DNA of 64,000 nucleotides from Gammaproteobacteria bacterium (GCA_022360445.1 JAKSCV010000075.1:2988-66987); one strand, 5' to 3'. Positions 28,345 through 38,963 are shown, counted from the stretch's first letter. A program made the numbers and translations. The notes: generated by a model not told the origin, from the letters alone.

Positions 28345-30513
28345 TTAGAATTGATAGCTCAAACCCAGCTCAACGCTCCTTTCGGCACCAAACCAGCAGT
28401 TATTACTGTCATAACAGCTGTAGTAACGTTCGTCGGTAATATTGTTGGCGGAAAGGCGTATGACAGCAGCGCCAATTTCGCGTGAGATGGCCAGATCAAA
28501 CACGGTATAGCTGGGCACGGTATCAGTGTTGAGGGCATCCATTTGGGTTTCACCCACATAGCGTGCACCGGCACTGAAGGTGGTGTTGGCCATCAGCCCT
28601 TCGAAGAACGCATAGTCGAGCCAGAAGCTGGCGGTTTGATCCGCAACCCAGACAGGTGTTTTTCCTTCCAGCCCACTATTGTCCTTGGTGACTTCGACAT
28701 CGATCCAAGTGTAGTTGAATGTCCATGCGAGGTTGTCATTGACGATATGCCGGCTTTCCAGTTCAACCCCTTGAGAACGGGTTTCGCCCGCTTGAATCAA
28801 ATCATAAGGGCCGCCGTTGGGGTCTCGGGTCAGATCATTTTTCTTGGTGATATGAAAGGCCGCCACTCTGAACTGATTGCTTTGATCAGGCGAGTTATAT
28901 TTAAGCCCGAGTTCCCACTGATCGGCAGTCGCAGGATCAAAAGTGTTGCCATTGCGATCACTGCCACCGGTTGGCTCGAAGCTCTGCGCATAACTCAGGT
29001 AAGGAGACATTCCATTGTCGAACTCGTACAGAATACCCATTCTGCCGGAAAATTCGCTCTGATCAATCTCACTGGTCGCCGGTGCACCGTATTTGGTGCC
29101 CTTCTCTGTGTAGTTGTATTGGTCGTAGCGCCCGCCGATAAGGGCAATCCAGTTATCCACCCGCAACTGGTCCTGTAGGTAAAATCCAACCTGATCAGAC
29201 TCAATGGTGAAATCAGATGTATAAGGTGTTGTCCCGACCAGAGTGTTTGGGTCGATAAGGTGGTGATCCGGGTTGTACAAATCAATGGGCGGAACGACTG
29301 TCTGATCCCAATCCTCATAACGAACATCGGAGCTTAAGTCCTGGTAGTCAACGCCAACCAGAAGGTTGTGCTCTACCGTGCCGGTGTGAAATTTTCCAGC
29401 AAGTTGGTTATCGACCGTCAAGCCTTTTGATGTTTCGTCGGTGAGGTAAGCGCGCCGCAATAACAGTCTGTCTGCATTGGGTGCCATATTGGCCGGGGGA
29501 GGCGCGTCACTCAATAAACCGGTGTTGTAAGTGTTTTCCTGGTAGACCTCTGCATCCATGTAACGGGCTTGATGAAGCAGCGTCCAACCGCTCTCAAACT
29601 CGTGATTAACCTTGTAACCGGGCATGGTGACGGTGCGGTCGTAGGTGTTCCAATTTGCGTCTCCGGCATAAAAGTCTGTGTCAAGACGACCATAGGGGGT
29701 GTCAAACACACTACCGGCGGCTGGAACGGTATTATAGACACCTGCGGAAGGATCTTTTTGGTAGTAAAGGTTAAGGTTTACCAAGGTCTTGTCGCTCACT
29801 TGCCAGTCTACCGACGGGGCAAACACCTGGCGCTCTTCTTCTGAAGTGACGGCCTGTCCGTCTCGCTTGCGTGCCAATCCGACCACGCTGTAAGACAGGT
29901 CGCTGGATTGAATCTGCCCACGAGACTCAACGCTAATCTCTTTCAGGCTATTCGTTCCCAGCGCAATGCCCACTTGGTTAAAGGACTGCTGACTGGGTTG
30001 TTTAGAAATCAGATTAACGAAACCACCCGGTGGCATGTTGCCATAGAGAGATGAGGTGGGGCCCTTGAATATTTCCACTTGCTCTACCGCGATCGCATCC
30101 ACCTGAGGCTGTAAATTCCAACCGTTATACAGCAGTGGCAAGCCATCATAGGCATTTTGATAGTTGGGAAATCCACGGATATTGAACTGATCTACCCGAG
30201 ACACTGCGCCGCCACGCAGTTCTGTGGTAACACCAGACACATACCGCAGTGCTTCGTTAATGGAGTCTGCATCCCTTATCTCCAGAGTATGACTATCAAT
30301 TACCGAAACACTTTGAGGCGTTTCTTCTGGCGGAAGAAGCGATTTGGTCGCCGTGTGGCGATAAGTCTCGGTAACACTTACCTCCGGTAAAAGAATAATC
30401 GAAGAAGCGTCGTGGGCCTGCTCTGCATGGGCAGTACCTGAGCTCAACATGGCGATGCCTGTGCTTATGCCTAGGCAGAGTGATTGATACCGTTTTGTAC
30501 GAGTGTGTGGCAT
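28345..30513 (-). CDS. TonB-dependent siderophore/haem-type outer-membrane receptor
   Basis: The true start is probably the ATG at 30513 (MPHTRTKRYQSLCLGISTGIAMLSSGTAHA, signal peptide). The protein is 722 aa, with a TonB box (ILLPEVSVTE) and a C-terminal ..LGLSYQF. A Fur box lies in its promoter. Confidence 0.85.
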   Translation of the reverse strand: MPHTRTKRYQSLCLGISTGIAMLSSGTAHAEQAHDASSIILLPEVSVTETYRHTATKSLLPPEETPQSVSVIDSHTLEIRDADSINEALRYVSGVTTELRGGAVSRVDQFNIRGFPNYQNAYDGLPLLYNGWNLQPQVDAIAVEQVEIFKGPTSSLYGNMPPGGFVNLISKQPSQQSFNQVGIALGTNSLKEISVESRGQIQSSDLSYSVVGLARKRDGQAVTSEEERQVFAPSVDWQVSDKTLVNLNLYYQKDPSAGVYNTVPAAGSVFDTPYGRLDTDFYAGDANWNTYDRTVTMPGYKVNHEFESGWTLLHQARYMDAEVYQENTYNTGLLSDAPPPANMAPNADRLLLRRAYLTDETSKGLTVDNQLAGKFHTGTVEHNLLVGVDYQDLSSDVRYEDWDQTVVPPIDLYNPDHHLIDPNTLVGTTPYTSDFTIESDQVGFYLQDQLRVDNWIALIGGRYDQYNYTEKGTKYGAPATSEIDQSEFSGRMGILYEFDNGMSPYLSYAQSFEPTGGSDRNGNTFDPATADQWELGLKYNSPDQSNQFRVAAFHITKKNDLTRDPNGGPYDLIQAGETRSQGVELESRHIVNDNLAWTFNYTWIDVEVTKDNSGLEGKTPVWVADQTASFWLDYAFFEGLMANTTFSAGARYVGETQMDALNTDTVPSYTVFDLAISREIGAAVIRLSANNITDERYYSCYDSNNCWFGAERSVELGLSYQF

Positions 30514-30550
30514 GAAGTGGTTCCTAACCTCTAAGAAAATCGAATACATA

Positions 30551-30590
30551 TAATAATAGGAATGCGAAGCATTATCATATAGAATATCAA
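30551..30590. promoter_or_regulatory. Fur box in the divergent promoter between the TonB-dependent receptor and exbB
   Basis: TAATAATAGGAATGCGAAGCATTATCATATAGAATATC carries the GCATTATCAT / AATGCGAA half-sites of the Fur consensus. Confidence 0.55.
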
Positions 30591-30679
30591 CATATCGCAA
30601 AGTGCATTGCAACCTTCGATCCGCTATCCACACTTGCCGTGCTTCTCGAATTCACTGCCCAGACAGGATTGCCATAACC

Positions 30680-31609
30680 ATGACACAAACCTTCCCCTGC
30701 ACTCACCTTTCTCAGACGAATCGTCATCTGTTGTCGCTGTGGGTATTGGTCTTAACCTTACTTTTGCCAGCCATGGCTCAGCCATCGGATCATGGAAAAA
30801 TGCTTCCCGTATCAGAAAAGCGTTCTGCATCATCAATAGAGTCAGACACCCCTAACGCCACTGATATCGCCCCGCCTCAAACAGAGCAGGCAACATTGCC
30901 GCACAACCTCTCACCCTGGGGCATGTTCATGGGCGCCGATTGGGTGGTTAAAGCGGTGATGATTGGGCTGGCAATCGCCTCATTACTGACCTGGACAGTG
31001 CTGGTTTCAAAGAGCATTGAACTCAGGGCATTGAAACGCCTGTTACGAAGCGATTTGAGCCAACTCAGTACCGTAGGCTCCCTGAAAGATGCGGCCAACT
31101 CCTCTTCCATTTCCGATGCTGGACGTGAGCTGATTAACGCCGCTGAGACTGAATTGAATTTATCAGCAAATCTGGTGAGCCAAGAGGCCGGAAAAGACGG
31201 CATCAAAGAGCGGGTGGTCTCTAGCCTTTCACGAATTGAAGCGGCCTCCGCTCGAGCCATGTTGACCGGTACCGGGCTGCTTGCCACCATTGGTGCCGTT
31301 GCCCCGTTCGTGGGTCTGTTTGGAACGGTCTGGGGCATCATGAACAGTTTTATTGGCATCTCACAGGCCAAAACCACCAATCTTGCTGTGGTTGCACCGG
31401 GCATTGCCGAAGCGCTGCTGGCAACAGCCCTAGGGCTGATTGCAGCGATACCTGCTGTGGTCATCTACAACCACTTCACCCGCCGAATCGCGGTTGCCAA
31501 AGCACTCGTATCAGATAATGCAGCGGCAGTAATGCGGCTGGTATCCCGCGATCTCGATCGGGGGCTATCCCCAAATGTGGCCGTTGTGCAACAACGGGGG
31601 CGCAAATGA
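30680..31609 (+). CDS. exbB: ExbB/TolQ/MotA-family proton channel with a cleavable-looking N-terminal extension
   Basis: The start was chosen at the ATG at 30680 (MTQTF...). The protein is 309 aa, with an N-terminal hydrophobic signal-like segment and then three TM helices typical of ExbB (GLLATIGAVAPFVGLFGTVWGIMNSF). Confidence 0.8.
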   Translation: MTQTFPCTHLSQTNRHLLSLWVLVLTLLLPAMAQPSDHGKMLPVSEKRSASSIESDTPNATDIAPPQTEQATLPHNLSPWGMFMGADWVVKAVMIGLAIASLLTWTVLVSKSIELRALKRLLRSDLSQLSTVGSLKDAANSSSISDAGRELINAAETELNLSANLVSQEAGKDGIKERVVSSLSRIEAASARAMLTGTGLLATIGAVAPFVGLFGTVWGIMNSFIGISQAKTTNLAVVAPGIAEALLATALGLIAAIPAVVIYNHFTRRIAVAKALVSDNAAAVMRLVSRDLDRGLSPNVAVVQQRGRK

Positions 31610-32031
31610 GCATGGGGCTGGGGCAAACAGACAATGATGATGAGCTGCTTGAATCCCACGAAATCAACGTCACGCCGTTTATTGACGTTATGTTGGTTTT
31701 GTTGATTATTTTCATGATCGCCGTGCCCTTGGCCACGGTTGACGTGCCGGTTGATCTACCCACATCGAATGCCAGCAAACAGGATCGTCCCGATACACCG
31801 GTTTATCTGACCATCAGACAAGACCTCAAACTGGCGCTGGGGGACGAACTTGTCAGCCACGACCAACTAGCGGCGAAGCTTGAGCAAGCCACAGGGGGTG
31901 ACCAAGAAACCCGGTTGTTTTTGCGAGCAGATAAATCAGTGGACTACGGCGAATTGATGAACGTAATGAATCAGTTACGTGCTGCCGGGTATTTAAAAAT
32001 TGCACTGGTAGGCCTTGAAGCGACAACATGA
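31606..32031 (+). CDS. exbD: Biopolymer transport protein ExbD
   Basis: The 141-aa ORF carries the INVTPFIDVMLVLLIIFM TM anchor, overlaps exbB by 4 bp and is followed by tonB. Confidence 0.9.
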   Translation: MSMGLGQTDNDDELLESHEINVTPFIDVMLVLLIIFMIAVPLATVDVPVDLPTSNASKQDRPDTPVYLTIRQDLKLALGDELVSHDQLAAKLEQATGGDQETRLFLRADKSVDYGELMNVMNQLRAAGYLKIALVGLEATT

Positions 32032-32762
32032 GCGTCAACGTTTACCAGCGAATTTTGCAAAAACCCACACTGCGTTGGGGCGGGTCATTTTTTAGCGTGA
32101 CCGCTGTTTATGTTTGCCTGGTGTTTATTGCATTGAGTTGGCGCTCAGCGGTCGACCGTATACCTGCTCCACCCGAGGCAGTCATGATGGTCGACTTGGA
32201 GCCTCTGCCAGCAGCCCCCTCTACTTCAGCCCCTATGCCAACAGAACCGGAACCCGAGCCAGAACCCGAGCCAGAACCCGAGCCAGAACCAGAGCCAGAA
32301 CCAGAACCAGAACCAGAGCCTGTACCAAAGCCAAAACAGGTAGAACAAGTGAGGCCACCCATCACAGAGGAGCAAACCCAGGAAAAGGAACGCGCGTCTG
32401 CTGATACCGAAATACCACCGGCGCTGAAGAGCGCTGCCCAAGCAGGCTCTACATCACCGTCACAGGCCGACGCAGTCGCTACCTGGCACTCGATGTTGCT
32501 GGCGCACATTGAACGCTACAAACGTTACCCAAGACAGGCCCGCCGCCGAGGACAGGAAGCGGTGATCTACGCGCAGGTGACGATTAACCGGGATGGTACG
32601 GTGACAGCTCATCAATTGACAAAACCCAGTGCCTATAAAACATTGAACCGAGAGGTACTGGCGCTAATCAGCCGCGCTCAACCTTTACCGCCCCCACCCA
32701 AGGGAGTTGGGGGAGAAACAATAGCGTTCGTGCTGCCCGTGTCATTTTCGCTGAAACGTTAA
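32028..32762 (+). CDS. tonB: TonB energy transducer with an (EP)n proline-rich spacer
   Basis: The 244-aa ORF has an N-terminal TM helix, PEPEPEPEPEPEPEPEPEPEPEPEP and a C-terminal TonB domain (..ETIAFVLPVSFSLKR). It is translationally coupled to exbD. Confidence 0.9.
   Translation: MSVNVYQRILQKPTLRWGGSFFSVTAVYVCLVFIALSWRSAVDRIPAPPEAVMMVDLEPLPAAPSTSAPMPTEPEPEPEPEPEPEPEPEPEPEPEPEPVPKPKQVEQVRPPITEEQTQEKERASADTEIPPALKSAAQAGSTSPSQADAVATWHSMLLAHIERYKRYPRQARRRGQEAVIYAQVTINRDGTVTAHQLTKPSAYKTLNREVLALISRAQPLPPPPKGVGGETIAFVLPVSFSLKR
32225..32325 (+). repeat. In-frame tandem repeat (GAA/G CCN GAG CCA units) encoding the (EP)n spacer of TonB
   Basis: Runs of gaaccagagcca / gaacccgagcca are visible directly. 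This is coding and is not a CRISPR array. Confidence 0.8.
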
Positions 32763-32813
32763 TACTGTCCTCTTAATTTCATCACTAGCGCTGTTTTCAA
32801 AAAGGGAGCCTCT

Positions 32814-33356
32814 GTGATCTTTATTGCAATCATCATTCAACTCGCTGGCCTAGCACTGCTCTATCGGTCCTGGTGCACGCCCAACCGGAAGTCGGGTACC
32901 AATGCGGCTGCCTGGCTTGTGCTTATAACAGCCCTATGGCCTTGGCAGCAAGCCGTGGGATTGGAATACGGCATTGCATTTTGGTGTGTGGCGATACCGC
33001 TAATCGCTTGGGTATTCGTTGTCAACAATCGTGAGTTTCGAAACCGCACGACACCACCGCGAATACGCAAACACGCATGGCCTGAAAAGAAACAGACTGT
33101 GCATGCCGTACTCAAAATACTCATCACAGGTCCTGTTGCATTGTTAGCCAGCTTCGTATGCGCCAGCTTTTTGAGCGCGGCTGCTTACCGGGGCGCAGGG
33201 CTGGCTGAGGCCAACCATCTGGTGCTCAACCTAAGCCTGTTGTTGTTATTTTGGGCGGTGATTATTTATTGGGTCACAGCAAAGCCATTACGCTGGCAGT
33301 CAACATCAGCGCTGTTAACGTTCGCTATCGGTGGTTCATTTTGGTTGTACGGATAA
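32814..33356 (+). CDS. Small polytopic inner-membrane protein (DUF3325-like, typically partnered with PepSY/PiuB-type proteins; assignment tentative)
   Basis: The 180-aa ORF has four or five hydrophobic helices and is positioned immediately upstream of the PepSY membrane protein with a 4-bp gap. Confidence 0.45.
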   Translation: MIFIAIIIQLAGLALLYRSWCTPNRKSGTNAAAWLVLITALWPWQQAVGLEYGIAFWCVAIPLIAWVFVVNNREFRNRTTPPRIRKHAWPEKKQTVHAVLKILITGPVALLASFVCASFLSAAAYRGAGLAEANHLVLNLSLLLLFWAVIIYWVTAKPLRWQSTSALLTFAIGGSFWLYG

Positions 33357-33360
33357 ATCA

Positions 33361-34794
33361 ATGGCATTTCTAAAACTTTCTACCCACACGATTAAGCAAT
33401 CCCTTTCCGCGCATAGCAGTTTAGCCTTGACCACGGCGGCTTTACTGTATCTGATCTGCCTCACTGGCACCTTATCAGTATTTTTTGAAGAATTTGAACG
33501 CTGGGAACAACCCAATATTGAAGAGTATCTTGACTACTCGCCTAATCAGATTCAGACCGCCATTCAGCATTTTCAGGAGCGAGTCAGTGAACAACCAAAA
33601 ACGCTCTGGATTGTACTGCCCACAAAAGCTGTGCCACGTATGCATGTTTCCGGCGATGGTCAGGAATGGTTCATCAATGCCGATGGCAGCTTATCAGAAC
33701 CCCCACTGGAAGCCTGGACCACCATGGTGACCAAACTGCATATGCAGCTTCACTTGCCCGAAGATATTGGTTTTATTCTGGTCGGCATAATGGGAGTGAT
33801 ATTGTGCAGTCTCATTTTTTCTGGCCTACTGTCTCACCCGAATTTGTTTAAAGATGCGTTTCGCTGGCGTTTGGGACGCCCGACCTTGGCACAGGTCGAT
33901 CTCCACAATCGTTTAAGCATCTGGGCCTTGCCTTTCTTTTTGATGATTGCGTTTACCGGCGCATTTATTGGATTAATGGGTCTGTTTAGCGTTATCGCTG
34001 GCACAGCCTTTTATGACAACGACAACCACGCATTGTTGGACGCAATTTATGGGGGAGATCCGGTGATATCTGAAGCGGTGCCAAACCTGGATTTTGACAA
34101 TGCATTTAAGATACTGAAAACCACTGTGCCTGACGCGGTGCCCATTTATCTGGCGATTCAAAATATTAATACGGAAAGCCAGTATTTTGAGATCGCAGCG
34201 ACTTTACCGGAACGATTGATCTATTCAGAAATCTATCGTTTCCGGGCGGATGGTTCTCTGATTAACCATCAGAGATTGTCTGATGGCGAAGCGGGCAGAC
34301 AAATCGCCTATTCAGTTTATCGCCTGCACTTTGGTCATTACGCCAGTTTCTGGGTGAAGCTGGTCTACGGTTTGCTCGGCCTTGCCTTAACCATTATTTG
34401 CGCCAGTGGCATTAATATCTGGTTGGCACGGCGTAAATTTGAAAGTGTTCTGAATGACTTGTGGGTGGCTGTGGTGTGGGGCTTGCCGCTCTCACTTACC
34501 GTTGCTGCCTTACTCTCATTTTACAATTGGCCACCGTTGCGGGTGTTTGGAATCACAGAAACAATTGTCATGGTGCTTGCCCTGGCGATGAAAAAGCCGT
34601 TTAAAACTCGCGGAATACTTATGGCGCTGTTAGTGATGAGCCTGCTGGCTGTTGCGCTAACCCGAACACTACACAGGCTTAACGAAGCGACACCGGCCAT
34701 TTTCCCTGGTGTCAACGCGTCTATTGTGGCGATAGCGTTTGTGCTTGGAATTGTGCTTTACCGCCACATTCACCTAAAGGTAAATGCCAGATAA
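33361..34794 (+). CDS. PepSY-associated TM-helix protein (PiuB-like, probable periplasmic siderophore reductase/uptake accessory)
   Basis: The start was taken at the ATG at 33361. The protein is about 477 aa, with hydrophobic helices flanking two periplasmic loops, and sits in a TonB-dependent uptake neighbourhood. Confidence 0.6.
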   Translation: MAFLKLSTHTIKQSLSAHSSLALTTAALLYLICLTGTLSVFFEEFERWEQPNIEEYLDYSPNQIQTAIQHFQERVSEQPKTLWIVLPTKAVPRMHVSGDGQEWFINADGSLSEPPLEAWTTMVTKLHMQLHLPEDIGFILVGIMGVILCSLIFSGLLSHPNLFKDAFRWRLGRPTLAQVDLHNRLSIWALPFFLMIAFTGAFIGLMGLFSVIAGTAFYDNDNHALLDAIYGGDPVISEAVPNLDFDNAFKILKTTVPDAVPIYLAIQNINTESQYFEIAATLPERLIYSEIYRFRADGSLINHQRLSDGEAGRQIAYSVYRLHFGHYASFWVKLVYGLLGLALTIICASGINIWLARRKFESVLNDLWVAVVWGLPLSLTVAALLSFYNWPPLRVFGITETIVMVLALAMKKPFKTRGILMALLVMSLLAVALTRTLHRLNEATPAIFPGVNASIVAIAFVLGIVLYRHIHLKVNAR

Positions 34795-34930
34795 AGCTTG
34801 CAGAAAAGTATGCTCGTCAATAACTTTTGATACAGGAATACTTGAACGTTTGGGTCAATGCCAGGCATGTTCAGGGTTTTCTGAACGTCCCAAGGGAGAC
34901 AAAAAGTGTCGCATTTGACTCCCTTGTTTG

Positions 34931-37195
34931 TTATACGTCAGCTAAATCTATTGAGGAAACATTACGAAACCCCTGTGGCAAAAGTTTTCCTCGTTTACCA
35001 CGGCCTGCTGCATAGGGCTCTCTTTGCTGTGCATTTAATGTCAAATGGCGTTTGCCGCATTGCAACACGAGTTCTGAGTCGGGCCGAAGTACGCTGACCC
35101 CCACCAGTTTTTCCTCATCTTTTTGCAATTTTGTGGACGGTATCCCCATGATTTTATTGCCTTTACCTTTAGAAAGTTCGGGCAAGTCGGCCACCGGGAA
35201 GATCAGCAAATAACCCGCTGAGGAGACCGCGGCAATCAAATCTGTTGTTTTATCCCACACTGGAACAGGCTTGAATGCCTGGCAACCAGGTGGCACCGTC
35301 AACACATGTTTACCTCCTTTCATCCGCCCTACAAGCTCAGAAAAGCCCACCGTAAAACCGTAGCCACCTTCCGTTGAGAGTAAAAAGTGCTCCTCACCTG
35401 TACCAATCAAGGTCGCAAGATACTGAGCACCATCAGGCTGTTTGAACCGGCTGGCGAGCGGCTCTCCCATACCTCGTGCAGATGGAAGACTATGGGCCGG
35501 CAAGCTGTAAAAACGTCCCGTCGAATCCATAAAAACGGCGGTTTGATTACTCCGGCCGACCGCGACATCCTGGTAACTGTCCCCCGCTTTGTAGTTTAAT
35601 CGGGTTGCATCGATATCATGGCCTTTGGCTGACCGAACCCAGCCCCGCTGGGATAACACAATGGTCACCGCCTCATTCGGCATCAGATCTGTTTCTTTTA
35701 AGGCCTGCGCCTCTTCTCGCACGACCAGATTCGTACGGCGTTCATCACCGTACTTGGCGGTGTCTTCTTTAATTTCTGATTTAATGAGCGTCTTTAAGCG
35801 CCGGTCTGAGCTCAATGTCAATTCCAGCTTGTCCCGCTCTTCACCCAGTTCCTGCTGCTCGGCACGGATTTTTTGCTCTTCCAGCTTCGCCAGGTGCCGC
35901 AACTTAAGGTCCAAGATGGCATCAGCCTGTTCACTGCTGAGGTTAAAATGCGCCATTAATACGGATTTCGGTTCGTCTTCGTTACGGATAATCGCAATCA
36001 CTTCATCAATATTCAGATAAGCGATCAATAAGCCGTCCAGAATGTGTAACCGTGCCAGTACTTTGTCCAGCCGCCATTGAAGGCGTCTGCGGGTTGTCTG
36101 GAGGCGGTAGTCCAGCCACTCCAACAAAAGCGCTTTCAGGTTTTTGACCTGAGGGCGACCATCCAGCCCGATCATATTCATATTGACCCGGTAGCTTTTC
36201 TCCAGATCCGTGGTCGCAAACAGGTGCTTCATGACACTGTCAATATCCACTCGATTGCTGCGGGGCGTTACAACCAGGCGGATGGGGTTTTCATGATCCG
36301 ATTCATCTCGCAAATCATCCAGCATCGGCAGTTTTTTGGCCTGCATTTGTTGTGCGATTTGCTCTAATACTCGGGCACCGGAAACTTGGTAAGGCAAGGC
36401 ATGAATCACAATTTCGCCGTTTTCTAATTCGTAACCAGCACGCATGCGGAAAGACCCTGTTCCAAGCGCATATATTTTTTGCAAATCTTCGGGCGGCGTA
36501 ATAATTTCAGCCGCAGAAGGGTAATCCGGCCCCCTCACAACCTCGCACAATGCCTCTAGCGGCGTACGGCTATTTTCAAGTAGTAAAATACAGGCGTCGG
36601 AAATTTCTTTTAAATTATGTGGCGGAATATCCGTGGCCATTCCCACTGCAATCCCGCTGGAGCCATTCAGTAGCACATGAGGCAGCCGTGCCGGCAATAA
36701 GGCTGGCTCATCCAGGGTGCCATCAAAGTTGGGTACCCAGTCAACCGTTCCATTGCCCAGCTCCTGTAAGAGCACTCTGGCGAACGGTGACAGTCGCGCC
36801 TCGGTATAACGCATGGCCGCAAAGGACTTGGGATCATCTTGAGACCCCCAGTTGCCCTGCCCGTCGACCAATGGATATCGAAAAGAAAAAGGCTGCGCCA
36901 TAAGCACCATGGCTTCATAACAGGCGGTATCCCCATGGGGATGGAATTTACCTAAAACATCACCCACGGTTCGCGCCGATTTTTTATGCTTGGACGCCGC
37001 TGACAGGCCCAGTTCTGACATCGCGTAAACAATCCGGCGTTGGACAGGCTTCAGCCCATCGGCCACGTGAGGTAAGGCGCGATCAAGGATGACGTACATC
37101 GAATAATTGAGGTACGCTGTTTCAGTAAACTCGCTAAGCGGCAATTGTTCTACGTTGCCATTGATCACTTCTGCCATCACACGTCCTTCTATCAA
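34931..37195 (-). CDS. parC: DNA topoisomerase IV subunit A
   Basis: The 754-aa ORF carries [45 protein letters not shown] and the active-site region, and is colinear with E. coli ParC. Confidence 0.92.
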   Translation of the reverse strand: MIEGRVMAEVINGNVEQLPLSEFTETAYLNYSMYVILDRALPHVADGLKPVQRRIVYAMSELGLSAASKHKKSARTVGDVLGKFHPHGDTACYEAMVLMAQPFSFRYPLVDGQGNWGSQDDPKSFAAMRYTEARLSPFARVLLQELGNGTVDWVPNFDGTLDEPALLPARLPHVLLNGSSGIAVGMATDIPPHNLKEISDACILLLENSRTPLEALCEVVRGPDYPSAAEIITPPEDLQKIYALGTGSFRMRAGYELENGEIVIHALPYQVSGARVLEQIAQQMQAKKLPMLDDLRDESDHENPIRLVVTPRSNRVDIDSVMKHLFATTDLEKSYRVNMNMIGLDGRPQVKNLKALLLEWLDYRLQTTRRRLQWRLDKVLARLHILDGLLIAYLNIDEVIAIIRNEDEPKSVLMAHFNLSSEQADAILDLKLRHLAKLEEQKIRAEQQELGEERDKLELTLSSDRRLKTLIKSEIKEDTAKYGDERRTNLVVREEAQALKETDLMPNEAVTIVLSQRGWVRSAKGHDIDATRLNYKAGDSYQDVAVGRSNQTAVFMDSTGRFYSLPAHSLPSARGMGEPLASRFKQPDGAQYLATLIGTGEEHFLLSTEGGYGFTVGFSELVGRMKGGKHVLTVPPGCQAFKPVPVWDKTTDLIAAVSSAGYLLIFPVADLPELSKGKGNKIMGIPSTKLQKDEEKLVGVSVLRPDSELVLQCGKRHLTLNAQQREPYAAGRGKRGKLLPQGFRNVSSIDLADV

Positions 37196-37317
37196 ATCAA
37201 ACCTGGCAGATTCTAGCGCATGTCACCTGTCACCTGCAGTGAATCTGTAAAGTCTTATTAAACCTCCACTAGGAACAAAGATTCATCAGACTGATTTAAC
37301 TGATAACACTCCTCACA

Positions 37318-37356
37318 AATAATGATTGACATCATAACAAGAATCATTATCATTTA
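37318..37356. promoter_or_regulatory. Fur box upstream of hemP
   Basis: AAATAATGATTGACATCATAACAAGAATCATTATCATTT contains near-consensus Fur half-sites (AATGATTGACATCAT / GAATCATTATCATT). Confidence 0.65.
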
Positions 37357-37390
37357 AGTTCACAATCAAATCATAGAGTGAGTCACGATC

Positions 37391-37570
37391 ATGCCTACAG
37401 TACAGCCTGAGCAAGCGAGTGAGAAAAAGGAACTCAGCCCCTCCAAAGAGCTTCAGCGCATCAATAGCACGGAACTTTTTAGAGGGAAAACCCGGCTCAT
37501 CATCCAACACTACGACAATGAATATTTTTTACGAATCACACGTCAAGGCAAATTAATTCTAACGAAATAG
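37391..37570 (+). CDS. hemP: Haemin uptake protein HemP/HmuP-family small protein
   Basis: The 59-aa ORF (absent from the ORF track because it is under 60 aa) is MPTVQPEQASEKKELSPSKELQRINSTELFRGKTRLIIQHYDNEYFLRITRQGKLILTK. Its C-terminal ..RLxxT..GKLILTK matches Yersinia HemP, and a Fur box lies upstream. Confidence 0.6.
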   Translation: MPTVQPEQASEKKELSPSKELQRINSTELFRGKTRLIIQHYDNEYFLRITRQGKLILTK

Positions 37571-37646
37571 CATCAATGAGCCTTACCCCACACAAAGCCA
37601 GCGATAAGCCAGCCAAAACTAGAATTGCGACCAGAGGTTATACAAC

Positions 37647-38903
37647 ATGAAAAAATTTATTGCGTTACTTGCCGGCATTGCACTGAGCACCAGTGGGTGG
37701 GCAAAAACAACGGAAAAAGCTGTTCTCACACACTACGCTGATTTAGCTCATGCTATGTATCAGGACTCACTGATCACAGCCCAGGCACTCCATAAAGCAG
37801 TGAAGCAATTAGCCGCTCAACCCACGGAAGCCAATCTCAACCATGCAAAAGTTGCTTGGAAAGCCGCCCGTGTCCCCTATCAGCAAACAGAAGCCTACCG
37901 CTTTGGCAATGCCATCGTTGATGACTGGGAAGGCAAAGTCAACGCATGGCCACTGGATGAAGGTCTGATCGATTATGTCGATGGCAGTTATGGCTCAGAG
38001 TCCGATGAGAACCCCTACTACACGGCTAACATCGTCGCCAATGAAAAACTCATGATTGGTGGCCAAAGCATTGATACCGGCAACATTACCAAAGCGCTTC
38101 TGTCCGATACTTTGCACGAAATTGATGAGGTTGAGTCAAATGTTGCCACAGGTTATCACGCCATTGAATTCTTACTGTGGGGGCAAGATTTGAATGGTAC
38201 CCAAGCTGGTGCAGGTAAACGCCCTGCCAGTGATTTTTCTAACGAAAACTGCACTGGAGGTCACTGCGATCGCCGAGTCGCCTATCTTCTCGCCACGACC
38301 GAATTACTCGTTGATGAACTCAACTGGATCACATCTCAATGGGCCAAAGGTGGAGATGCTCGCAAAGCCCTGATGGACGGCGACAGCAAAGCAAGCATCG
38401 GCACTATTTTGACCGGGCTAGGCAGCCTCTCCTATGGCGAGCTGGCCGGAGAGCGAATGAAGCTCGGAGTCATGCTGCACGACCCGGAAGAAGAACACGA
38501 CTGCTTTAGCGACAATACGCACTGGTCACACTATTACGATGCTATGGGCATAAAAAATGTTTATACAGGCCGTTACACGCGCGTTAGCGGTGAAACACTC
38601 AGTGGCCCCAGCGTCTCATCACTGGTGGCCAAGAAAGACGCAAAGGTCGATCAGGCGCTACGTGATCAAATTGAAACTACACTGGCCAAAATGCAAGTCC
38701 TGGTCGATAGCGCTGAAAAAGACAACGTTGCCTACGACCAGCTCATCGCAGAAGGAAATACCGCAGGAAACGCCAAGGTAATGGATGCTGTTAACGCGCT
38801 TGTTGCGCAAACCAAAGGAATCGAAAGCGCAGTGGCTACTTTAGGGCTCAACCCTATTGAGTTCGAGGGCTCAGATAGCCTTGATGCACCGCATAAAGTC
38901 TAG
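37647..38903 (+). CDS. Imelysin-family lipoprotein (IrpA/IcmP-like)
   Basis: The 418-aa ORF has a signal peptide plus the GYHAIEFLLWGQD (GxHxxE) imelysin motif. Confidence 0.75.
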   Translation: MKKFIALLAGIALSTSGWAKTTEKAVLTHYADLAHAMYQDSLITAQALHKAVKQLAAQPTEANLNHAKVAWKAARVPYQQTEAYRFGNAIVDDWEGKVNAWPLDEGLIDYVDGSYGSESDENPYYTANIVANEKLMIGGQSIDTGNITKALLSDTLHEIDEVESNVATGYHAIEFLLWGQDLNGTQAGAGKRPASDFSNENCTGGHCDRRVAYLLATTELLVDELNWITSQWAKGGDARKALMDGDSKASIGTILTGLGSLSYGELAGERMKLGVMLHDPEEEHDCFSDNTHWSHYYDAMGIKNVYTGRYTRVSGETLSGPSVSSLVAKKDAKVDQALRDQIETTLAKMQVLVDSAEKDNVAYDQLIAEGNTAGNAKVMDAVNALVAQTKGIESAVATLGLNPIEFEGSDSLDAPHKV

Positions 38904-38963
38904 CCCACACAAGGTAGCGTTGTAAAAGCACAGCGCTACCGCCCCGTTTAGCCAGGTTTATCC

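Noticed and set aside
30514-30633. 40-codon N-terminal extension of the minus-strand TonB-dependent receptor ORF
   Set aside because: The extension precedes a textbook signal peptide starting at the MPHTRTKRY ATG (30513) and runs through the Fur-box promoter, so the shorter start is preferred.
32108-32509. Minus-strand ORFs encoding GSGSGSGS... and WFWFWLWF... repeats
   Set aside because: These are the antisense reading of the in-frame (EP)n tandem repeat of tonB, not independent genes. The repeat is also not a CRISPR array, because it has a 12-bp in-frame unit and no spacers.
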